DNA of 64,000 nt. It comes from Setoptus koraiensis (Eukaryota > Animalia > Arthropoda). The stretch is taken from the NCBI GenBank assembly GCA_048013815.1, contig CM106586.1, positions 6,634,001 through 6,698,000 on the forward strand, in the 5' to 3' direction. Both the position numbers and the translations under genes were made by a program. Within the stretch, counting starts at the first letter, position 1, and every line of letters starts with the position of its first letter. A model generated the notes under the pieces. The model did no database searches, was not told where the DNA came from, and saw only the letters and a list, made by a program, of their open reading frames with translations. Positions 36,426-45,307 of this stretch are shown here, piece by piece.

Positions 36426-36705
36426 TTTTCTTTTGTCGCAAGCACAACGACAAAACTGATCTATCCCGGCCTCTTCAAATTTGTTACGCAAACTTAAACG
36501 GTCAAGCTGCCACAATCCGAAAGATGCTATTTCCGTGGCGCCGTCGCTTAGCTGCACATAAAAATAGCACCTACAGCGGTAAACAGTACAACACTCAGGT
36601 TCAGGCGCCAGATTATCATCCATACGCACAACAAAACAAACAGATTCCATGTATTCCATCTCAAATGGAGGTGACATCACCACAGGTCACATGATTTTGT
36701 CAAAT
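36426..36705 (+). pseudogene. Degenerate, internally deleted partial copy of the Ig-receptor gene exon 3 region
   Basis: 36426-36505 resembles 32512-32625 (intron end plus exon start; acceptor cag changed to cgg). 36520-36705 resembles 33417-33649 (e.g. gtggcgccgtcg(c/t)ttagctgcac, ccatacgcacaaca, aaacagattccat(g/a)tattccatctcaaatg). Confidence 0.85.
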
Positions 36706-37049
36706 ATCAATATCCTCCCGGTTATGATTCATTCTCCCTACAATGAGCAGTTTCGATTCAGATCAACTCCTCACACTAACTGGTAGCGTCGAATGCCTGC
36801 GCGCAACAATTGCGGCGCAGGAATCGTGGCACAACAATTCAGTTTGTATTTCGCGGAAAGTTGCAGCACAAACTGCACATTCATCTAACAGTGAGTTGCA
36901 ACTTGCACCCAAATTTACAACCGCCATTCTGAGCGCGTTCAAGGCACCGAACTTTGCATAAGGATACGACACACAAAAAGCAACACTGCCTGCATAATCT
37001 AATCCGCCCTCCTCGTGTTACATATTTTCATTTCACTTCGCTCGACATC

Positions 37050-38702
37050 ATGGTTAATTATGATCAAATAACCTCCATCAATAGGGACGACAAAAAAATT
37101 ATTAGTCTTCTTCAAAACGTCAGGGAGGCCTACGATACCCGAATAGGCGAGCTCGTGCGCAATTACGAGGCTAGAAACCCCGGCCAGACTCCCACTATGA
37201 CAAATTCCGATAAAAAGAAATCCAAAAAGAAAGGAAAATCTAAGGGTGGCGATGAGTCAGCTGACACTGCTGGTGATGATTGGGGCACCAAAGAGCAAGC
37301 TTCGACGGAGACAACTACCACAGTAGCCGACAATGGCTGGGGTAATAAGAAAACTACCCCGAAGAAGCCAACCAACGATGATTGGGGCACTAGCGAGCCA
37401 GCTCCTGCGGAGCCAACCAATAATAGCTGGGGAACCAGCGAGACAACTAGCGCCGCAACCGACAACGGCTGGGGCACGAAGAAGTCTTCCCCAAAGAACC
37501 CAACCAATGACGGCTGGGGCAACAGCGATCCAGCTCCAACGGAGACAACCAATGATGATTGGGGCACTAGCGAGCCAGCTCCTGCGGAGCCATCCAACGA
37601 CGACTGGGGCAACAGCGATCCAACTCCACCAGAGCCAACCAACGACGACTGGGGCAACAGCGATCCAGCTCCAACGGAGCCAACTGTTGCACCCGTTGAT
37701 GAAGGTTGGGGCTCCACAGATCCAGCTCCAACGGAGCCAACTGTGGGTTCTAAAGCACAACCAAAGCAACAACCAAAGACTCAACAAAAACAGCAAACAA
37801 AAGCTCAGCCAAAAGCCCAACCGAAGGCCCCGCCGAAACCGCAAACAAAAGATCAATCTAAAGAACAATCTAAAGATCAGACTAAAGAACAACAAAAGGA
37901 GCAACAAAAGGAGCAAGCAAAGGAGCCAACAAAGGAGCACTCAAGAGAACAATCAAAAACTCAACCAACATCGCAACCTGTGACACAATCTGCCACGCAA
38001 CCTGCGGACCCAACAACCGGTGAAATTGACTACAGGGATCGGTATTTGACTGCCAAATTGGACCTCAGAATGCTGCAACGTGACAATGATAGTCTCACCA
38101 AGTCACTTGATCAAGCCCAGAAAAAGGTCAAGGAGCAACGGGTTGAGCTAGATACCTTGAAATTCAAAGTCCGAACTCTTACGACGGACCTTTCGGCTGC
38201 CAACGAAGAAATATCCTCTTTGAACAAAAAATTTGATTCGCTTGAAACAGACAGATCATCAAGGGAGAAGGATCTGCAGCGCCAATTGTCTTCGACAAAT
38301 GAGAAGATCGAGCGCTATGAGAGCGATTTGTCTCATTGCAAGGCTTTGATACGAACCTTGAAAGAAGGCTGCCAACTCGTCGAAACTCAAGCAAAAGACT
38401 TCGAATCAAAACATGACACGGTCCGTATGAGTAAAGCAGAGCTGGAGCGCGACTTGCTAGCCATTAAAGAGGAGGCTAGCATGCATATTACGTCCATTTC
38501 AAAACTACAAAGGTCCAACAAGCAACTCAGCCTCGCATTCCAAATGAGTGTGGACAGAGAAGAGAAACTCAAGAAAGAATTGGAATATATAAAAAACCAA
38601 GCTGCCGCACGTATAGAAAATCTCAAAGTTGAAAATCATCGCTTAAATGAAACTACTAGCCAATTACGGAAACTTGTTGATTTTTTACAATCCAAAGATT
38701 AA
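37050..38702 (+). CDS. WG-repeat, Q/K/E-rich and coiled-coil protein (550 aa) with a Citron/Sticky-like C-terminal coil
   Basis: Single long ORF; likely start MVNYDQ at 37050. Ten WG motifs (DDWG, NGWG, NSWG, EGWG) at about 37275-37712, QPK/KEQ repeats, and about 220 aa of heptads ending SQLRKLVDFLQSK. Confidence 0.85.
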   Translation: MVNYDQITSINRDDKKIISLLQNVREAYDTRIGELVRNYEARNPGQTPTMTNSDKKKSKKKGKSKGGDESADTAGDDWGTKEQASTETTTTVADNGWGNKKTTPKKPTNDDWGTSEPAPAEPTNNSWGTSETTSAATDNGWGTKKSSPKNPTNDGWGNSDPAPTETTNDDWGTSEPAPAEPSNDDWGNSDPTPPEPTNDDWGNSDPAPTEPTVAPVDEGWGSTDPAPTEPTVGSKAQPKQQPKTQQKQQTKAQPKAQPKAPPKPQTKDQSKEQSKDQTKEQQKEQQKEQAKEPTKEHSREQSKTQPTSQPVTQSATQPADPTTGEIDYRDRYLTAKLDLRMLQRDNDSLTKSLDQAQKKVKEQRVELDTLKFKVRTLTTDLSAANEEISSLNKKFDSLETDRSSREKDLQRQLSSTNEKIERYESDLSHCKALIRTLKEGCQLVETQAKDFESKHDTVRMSKAELERDLLAIKEEASMHITSISKLQRSNKQLSLAFQMSVDREEKLKKELEYIKNQAAARIENLKVENHRLNETTSQLRKLVDFLQSKD

Positions 38703-38748
38703 ATATTTATGTATCAAACGCTTTATTCCTCAATAATAGTTAAATATC

Positions 38749-40536
38749 TTAAGGCATCTTTCTTTTACCTCTAGAACCTTTCTTGTGGCTGGGTTTGGAC
38801 TTGTGGCCAGATTTGGATTTGGTTTTAGATTTGCTCTTGAACACCTTCTTCTTCTTAATCCTTTTCTCTTTTTTCTTAATCATCTTCTTGATTTTTTTCC
38901 TAGAGCTGGGTGCAGAAATTTCAATTTCCTCTTCCACCCTCTTTTTGTTGTTGGTGTGACTGAACTGCTTCTGACGAGATAACAGGGTTGGTGGCACTAT
39001 ATAGTCTGGCATGTCTCTAAGGTGAGGCTGTGATCTGACATTTCGTATTGTTTTGTCATGACGAAGGATTTTTGCGTCATTGGGATTTTGGTTGAAAAAG
39101 CTCTTCAATTTTTCTGAATTCCTCATTTCATTTCGGATCTCTTTAGCACGAGCTTCATGGATAACACTGGTGGTTACAGCCCTGATTGCGTCTCTGGATC
39201 TATATCGAAAAGCTTCCAGCTCCTCCATTTTGAATGCATAGGGTCGAAAAGTTGCGGTGCCGTCGAATGCCTTTTTGATTCGTTCAAAAGATTTGACTTC
39301 ATCTCTGGAAATGAAGGATAAAACAGTTCCCTCGGTGATGTTTGAATTAGTTGCATTAATAGCTCTAGCTGTCCTACCAACTCTATGGATATAGGCATTG
39401 ACGGATGTGGGAAAGTCGAAGTTCACAACATTAGTGACTGATTGAAAGTCGATGCCTCGTGATATTCCATAATCTCTATCCAAATTTTTCTTTTTGGATT
39501 TCTTAGAGTTTATCCGTGTCGTTGGATCTTGAGCACATTTTTCGTCGCAAGCAATAATGATGTCATAAGTCCCCGTGTTGAACCTTTCAACTATATTACA
39601 TCGAGTTGAAACTGGTAGTTCTGGGTTCAGTATACAACTTCGGATTGCAAATTGTTCTAGGAATATTTTCAATTTATAACAACGATTCAATGATTTAACA
39701 AAAATGATTGTCTTTCCTCTTATGAGATTCAACTTGAATAAGGCATTAATCAGGACGAATTTCTCTTCTTCGTCACAACTAATATGGTACTGGAGAAGTT
39801 GTTCACATTCTGGAAGTTCTGGTTCCTCTAACTTGATGACAACGGGTTTGTTGAGAACAAGCTTTTTAAGATTGATGACATCAGGATTGAGCGTGGCAGA
39901 TACTAAAAATGATTGGCACCCTTGGTCGGGTACAGCTTGGGAGATGAGAGTTTGTAGATCTCCTTCAAAGCCGAAGCCAAATAACAGGTCGGCTTCATCG
40001 ACTACGAGATACTTAAGTGTTTGTTTAAGGGTCGTGAGAGCACCACTGCCAATGTGTGCTAAAATCCTTGAGGGAGTGCCTACAATAATATCTGGCTGCT
40101 CGGCTATTAGAAGTGACTTAAGATCGTTCAATTCACCCATACCTAAATCAACTGATTTGATCTCGCGTGAGCAGCAAGATGTGAGCTGTCCAATGTTGGT
40201 GTGAATTTGTTTGCACAATTCTTTGCTAGGAGCCAATATCATAGCTCTGGTCTTTCGTTCTTGATAGGGCTTAGCTAGTTTCTCTTTAAGAATTTGATTA
40301 ACTATAGGTATGACAAAAACTGCAGTTTTTCCTGAACCAGTTCTGGCCCTTGCCAAAATATCGTTTCCTTCAAGGGCTAGAGGTATTGCCTTCTCTTGAA
40401 TAAGTGTGGGCTCACTCCAGCCTAACAGGGCGATTGATTTTAGAAGGCGATCATCAATTCCCATCTCGTAGAATTCTAGTTTGACGTCATCCTCATCGTC
40501 AGAGGATTCCTCAATAAGTTTGTTTTGGCAAATCAT
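38749..40536 (-). CDS. DDX56: DEAD-box RNA helicase DDX56/Dbp9 (595 aa, intronless)
   Basis: Q motif, LARARTGSGKT, LAPSKEL, GTPSR, VVDEAD, SAT, CILNPELP, SRGIDF, YIHRVGRTAR, AFRYRSRDA, LRHDK, PDYIVP. Confidence 0.96.
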   Translation of the reverse strand: MICQNKLIEESSDDEDDVKLEFYEMGIDDRLLKSIALLGWSEPTLIQEKAIPLALEGNDILARARTGSGKTAVFVIPIVNQILKEKLAKPYQERKTRAMILAPSKELCKQIHTNIGQLTSCCSREIKSVDLGMGELNDLKSLLIAEQPDIIVGTPSRILAHIGSGALTTLKQTLKYLVVDEADLLFGFGFEGDLQTLISQAVPDQGCQSFLVSATLNPDVINLKKLVLNKPVVIKLEEPELPECEQLLQYHISCDEEEKFVLINALFKLNLIRGKTIIFVKSLNRCYKLKIFLEQFAIRSCILNPELPVSTRCNIVERFNTGTYDIIIACDEKCAQDPTTRINSKKSKKKNLDRDYGISRGIDFQSVTNVVNFDFPTSVNAYIHRVGRTARAINATNSNITEGTVLSFISRDEVKSFERIKKAFDGTATFRPYAFKMEELEAFRYRSRDAIRAVTTSVIHEARAKEIRNEMRNSEKLKSFFNQNPNDAKILRHDKTIRNVRSQPHLRDMPDYIVPPTLLSRQKQFSHTNNKKRVEEEIEISAPSSRKKIKKMIKKKEKRIKKKKVFKSKSKTKSKSGHKSKPSHKKGSRGKRKMP

Positions 40537-40704
40537 GTCAAGAATTAGGGTTTATGACAAAAGATTATTGTTACTATAAGATGTATTTAATTTATGATTT
40601 GCAACATGTGGACAGGACAATTGATGTTATTTATATAGCTATTATTATTATTATTTTAATATTTAAATGTTGTTTGTTGAAGTTTAGTCACGTTTAGTAA
40701 CAAT

Positions 40705-41763
40705 TCATAGAGCGATAAGTTTTCCACGTTGTTCTGTTGTGCGCCACGAGAATAATTGATTGGCGCTAAATTCAAATGGATCCAAGTTTTTTGGGTTGCG
40801 TCTTGCCACATAGTCCTGTTGATATTGTTGATGACGATATCGTTGAGGGTCGCCTTGAAAGCTGCCTCTGATATCTTTATAATTGAATTGTTCTCTGTTT
40901 GTTGCCTGTTGCCATTTAGACGGGCCCAGACTGTAACCATTGGACCACACCTGTTCTGGTCTCCTAACACATAGAGTTGGCTGAATGATATTAGAGTTGG
41001 ACGAAAAGGATGGTCTATTCTTTGGACAATATCTCATAGTGTGAGCGTGATCGCCTCCGTTATTCAAGCACAGTGGACAATTGTAGGCGCGCAATCTAGG
41101 ACAAACCACCAATCCTTGTGGATCCTTCAGAACATGGCTCGAATAAACTTGCTCTTTCTCTTGATTGTTCTTGCAAAAAGAACAGAAACGTACACTACTA
41201 GGCCCGGTGCGTCTGTTATACGTGCGCCTATAGGTTGTGGTGGTGGTGGTGGTGGTGTTGAATGTATCTGATTGAGAGAATTCAATTGTTTCACAGAGAG
41301 ATCTATTCAATGATGTTGTTGGCGCCGCCACTAATTGAGATTGTTGTTGCTGCTTATCTTCGTTTTTCTTTGGACAATATCTCATAGTGTGAGCGTGATC
41401 GCCTCCGTTATTCGAACACAATGGACAATTGTAAGCGCGTAACTTTGGGCATAACACTATACCTTGCGGATCTTTTAGAACATGGCTGGTGTAAACACTC
41501 TTGGGTTCTTGGTTGTTCTTGCAAAAGGAACAGAATCGGCTACCACTAGATCCAGTACGGCGCTTATAGGTGCGCTTATATTTGTTGCGAGAACCCGATT
41601 GTTGTTGTTGCCGCTGTAGTTGTGGTTGTTGTTGGTCTTGTTGGTCTTGCTGTTCTTGCTGTTCTTGCTGATCCTGTTCTTGTTCTTGTTCTTGCGATGG
41701 TTGCTCTCGCTCTTGTGGAGATTCACTTGTCTCACAAAGCGATCTATTCGATGTTGTTGACAT
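40705..41763 (-). CDS. nos: Nanos with two tandem nanos zinc-finger domains (352 aa, intronless)
   Basis: Two copies of [10 protein letters not shown]...[35 protein letters not shown], 348 bp apart (about 41535-41369 and 41187-41021). Confidence 0.93.
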   Translation of the reverse strand: MSTTSNRSLCETSESPQEREQPSQEQEQEQDQQEQQEQQDQQDQQQPQLQRQQQQSGSRNKYKRTYKRRTGSSGSRFCSFCKNNQEPKSVYTSHVLKDPQGIVLCPKLRAYNCPLCSNNGGDHAHTMRYCPKKNEDKQQQQSQLVAAPTTSLNRSLCETIEFSQSDTFNTTTTTTTTYRRTYNRRTGPSSVRFCSFCKNNQEKEQVYSSHVLKDPQGLVVCPRLRAYNCPLCLNNGGDHAHTMRYCPKNRPSFSSNSNIIQPTLCVRRPEQVWSNGYSLGPSKWQQATNREQFNYKDIRGSFQGDPQRYRHQQYQQDYVARRNPKNLDPFEFSANQLFSWRTTEQRGKLIAL

Positions 41764-42477
41764 AGCTTAAATTTATGAATGACCGCTCTCGCTCCCTCTC
41801 TCTCGCCCTCACCGATCAATTAGTTTATTATCTCTATTTGCAGTCTTGATTTTAATTCATCAAATAATTTGCGCAATTAAATTAGTAATTACTCAAGTAT
41901 CGAACTCTAATAGATGAATAACTTGGAATTATGCACTAGCTTTGCTCAGCAAATGCGACCAACAACTACGACGTAGCGAAAAGAGTTTCAACATATCTGC
42001 ATATCTTACATAAGTGCGAGTTAATGCGTGCGACATTGTTATTGGTAGGTGCAACGAATTCTTTCTTTTATATTTTGTTCTAGCATAAGATAGTAACAAA
42101 CTTGAGTAGATTATAAGCACGCTCGTGTGGTCAGCCGATAGCAGCGCGCTATTGCGTAGATCACTGTAAGAACCGAGCAGATAATCACAAATCGATAACA
42201 GCTAATCGTCTGATAAATGCTCTTGTTATGTGCACTAGTTGACAAACTCATCAAGGCCCTAATTACGCACACACACACACACTGTGTGCCGCATTAAAAG
42301 TTACTTTCCTTGCTTACTTTCAAGAGAAATTGCAATCAATATCCGGAATGCCTGTCTATTTGTTGGAATTCTCTATAAATAGGCACATGTGTGTGATTAT
42401 TCGGCTGTAGAGGCTGTATAGATAGTCTTTATTTAATCTCACATCATTATAATAATTATGTCCAATGAAGAGTGTTA

Positions 42478-43466
42478 TCAATCTTGATGCTCCCGATGAG
42501 CTTGTTGTTGTTGCTGCTGTTGTGCGGGTGGCCTATTTCCTTGCTGGAAACCGGGAGCTACCTGCACTTCCGGTCTCACAGGTTGCCCGGCCGGGGCTGG
42601 TTGAGCGGCAGGATCTATTGGATTGGGAAAGTTGAATCTCTCGGGCCTATCATCGTCATCAACGACATAGGCCTCGTCAAATCCCAATCTGGTAAATATG
42701 TACTTCAGAAAGCCTGGAGTTTGTAGAACCCTAAAGCCATGTGGTTGTGTTGGAAATACATCTTCGAAGAAATAATAGAAATGACCTACAGCTATGCCTA
42801 TCAGATCAACAACCATTGATCCTCCCATTAGCATTGAAAAGCCTAATATCATCCAAGGTAGATAAGGTGCCTGAAATGTGATCAGACCAAAAAAATTCAT
42901 CCGAACCAAGGGATTTCTTCTGCTCCAAACATATACTAGCATTATAGTGAACGCGTTGCTTAAGAAAAGCAGGTTAACAAAAAATGCTATGATAGTTACA
43001 AGGATCCCCCCAATGAGAAACATATAAAAAAAATCGGCTGTCCTATTTCTATAGAAACTCTCTTCTAACATCCTACAATAACGGTAGGTGAATGTGATGT
43101 TGAAAAAGAAGTTGAATCCAACTGGGCCAAAGAACAGGAACGGTGTCAACAATCTCCAGTACTGGTATTGATAACATTGTCAGTGTCCGGAAAGGGGACA
43201 GACGAGACAAAAAAGACAGCAAGTTACAAATTGGGTGAGTTGTTAGATGGGTAAGTTTGTCTCGGTGAGAAAAAAACCGGGTGAGATTGACTAACTCTTC
43301 TTACCTGGTGAGAGTTGAATATCAATTTTGGATTAAAATATAATTGAAATGGCGTCAACAATTCAATCTGGACCAAACCGGTTGTTACGACGGCCGCCGT
43401 AAGATAACCCCTAGTAACTGGAGGTATTTCATGGTAATCGCGTACCAATGCGTTGAACGCCTCCAT
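42478..43466 (-). CDS. DERL2: Derlin-2 (ERAD rhomboid pseudoprotease), 2 exons, 281 aa
   Basis: Exons 43466-43305 and 43161-42478 (phase 0 intron). [63 protein letters not shown]. Confidence 0.95.
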
Positions 43467-44554
43467 AGTTAATCAGTTAATGGTAGGATTCTTGATGGGC
43501 GATAATAGGCTGTGACACAGATGTCAAATATTAATAAAGTATTCGCTGGGTTAGAGGGTTTCTAGGTGAATCCAAACTTATCACATGAAATACTTGTTTT
43601 GAATTGATCGTTAATTAATAATAATATCTTGGCTCAATATGCTTTGTTTATCTCACGCACGGATTCACGAATAAATGTCTGAGTTTATACTACATAGGTA
43701 GCTCTCTTCAAAACGAATCCATTGTCTGACAGTCCATTGTTAGTAGTTGTTTTTGAATCTATTGCCTCTATTATGCTTGATTTCATCCAACACCATTAAC
43801 GTAACATATTGTTGTTATTGTTGTATCATAATTTATCCAGTGGTTGTAGTATTGTGATGTGCACTTGTGTGTTTTCCGAACTTGATGTTTTGACTTGATG
43901 ATCACCAAATGGTCTAGTGAAGGCCTCCAAATAACACCAGCTAGGATTGTTCAGTGGACAGGTTAATCAAAAAAATAAATTAAATAACAAGCATTTTCCT
44001 CTATCATGTGTTTCAATGAAGCAACTTGTAGTGAAATCGTGTAACATGGTTTGTTTGTTTGTTTGCTTGCTTGTGTGTGTGTGTGCTTGTTTGTAGATTT
44101 CAGCTGTTGGTGTGTGCGTCAGTTTGATTGACCATGTTCCAGGCAGTGATACTGATGAATCGGAACATATGATGAAAAAACTCACCGTAGCAATGCTGAA
44201 TCACCAGAAGGATATGTGGATATCTTTTATCATGAACAATTTGATAAAATGAAAATAATTCAGCGCAACGATATTACCCATACCTGGCAGCACAAAATCC
44301 GTCTATAGATGAGACAAACAAATACTAATCCAACAAATGTTTAATCAGGATATAATCTCTTACTCTATTTTAATTTATTATTATTATTTCTCTTACACGA
44401 TGCGAGGGAATTAATACGCCCCCAACTCAACCTCGGAACACACGCACCAGGATTATCGTTATCATTGTTAGTGGGAAACCAGTTCTCTATTATCTAACTA
44501 TTTATCTGACATCACCAAGCGAACTTAGAGCTCTAAAGACTCCCTACAATAATA

Positions 44555-45307
44555 ATGCCCATAGATCACGGAATCTTCAATAATAATAACAATAACGTCA
44601 CCATGCCCGACGATAATCAGCACAATGAGGCCATGAAGATGACCGAAGAAGATCATAAGAGACAAATCGAAACCAAAGAGGAATTGATACAGGAACTGTT
44701 GAACAAAGTAAATGCACTTGTTCTGGATAAAAACAGACTCAGGCAAAGACTGACCCAAAAGAGCCAGCAACGATCGAATAGATACTCGACCAATGGGGGC
44801 ATCAATCCCGCTAGCATGCATTCATCCGCAAGCCTAGGTTCGAATGAGAATGACAATATACTGCTCAACAACAATAGCATAGATTCTCCTCAACAATCAT
44901 CAACATCTAGTTTGTCAGACATAAATAATCCTGTGATTGACGGCATCGAGTGTGCCACTTCTTGCGAAGAGGATATGGTTTCATTATTAAATCTTTACAA
45001 GAAACGATTGTCGGATTATCAAAATGTAACCGAATACGTATCTAGCAAATGTATAGCGTTTCATCAAGAATTGATTGCCTTGCAAAAACACTATGGATAC
45101 GCGCAACAGGAGATTGTTGATTTGCGCCATCAATTAGAGATGAAATCTGAGGAGTGCGTCGACATAAAGAGCGAACTACAGACAGTGGTGCTCAATTACG
45201 AATCACAGCTCAGTACAATGAGCGAACACGTATCTTTTCTGACGGATAAAGTTGCTTCGCAAAGTGATGAAATAGAGCGTTCGAAATTGATTTCGAAGAT
45301 GAAATGA
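44555..45307 (+). CDS. PPP1R21: Miniature PPP1R21 (FERRY Fy-2)-like coiled-coil protein (250 aa)
   Basis: The C-terminus SKCIAFHQELIAL...LQTVVLNYESQLSTMSEHV..LTDKVASQSDEIE matches the recalled PPP1R21 end (SKSVHFYAECRAL...LTTTKRSYEDQLSMMSDHL..MNETLSKQREEID). The N-terminal coil KRQIETKEELIQEL..VNAL...RLRQRL resembles the end of the KLRAQ coil. Confidence 0.75.
   Translation: MPIDHGIFNNNNNNVTMPDDNQHNEAMKMTEEDHKRQIETKEELIQELLNKVNALVLDKNRLRQRLTQKSQQRSNRYSTNGGINPASMHSSASLGSNENDNILLNNNSIDSPQQSSTSSLSDINNPVIDGIECATSCEEDMVSLLNLYKKRLSDYQNVTEYVSSKCIAFHQELIALQKHYGYAQQEIVDLRHQLEMKSEECVDIKSELQTVVLNYESQLSTMSEHVSFLTDKVASQSDEIERSKLISKMK

Noticed and set aside
37163-37983. Long antisense and alternate-frame ORFs over the WG-repeat gene
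   Set aside because: Shadows of the repetitive coding strand.
43760-44290. Minus-strand donor (about 44185) and acceptor (about 43941) suggesting a small gene upstream of Derlin
   Set aside because: No start codon or recognisable product in any phase; more likely Derlin 5' UTR splicing or noise.
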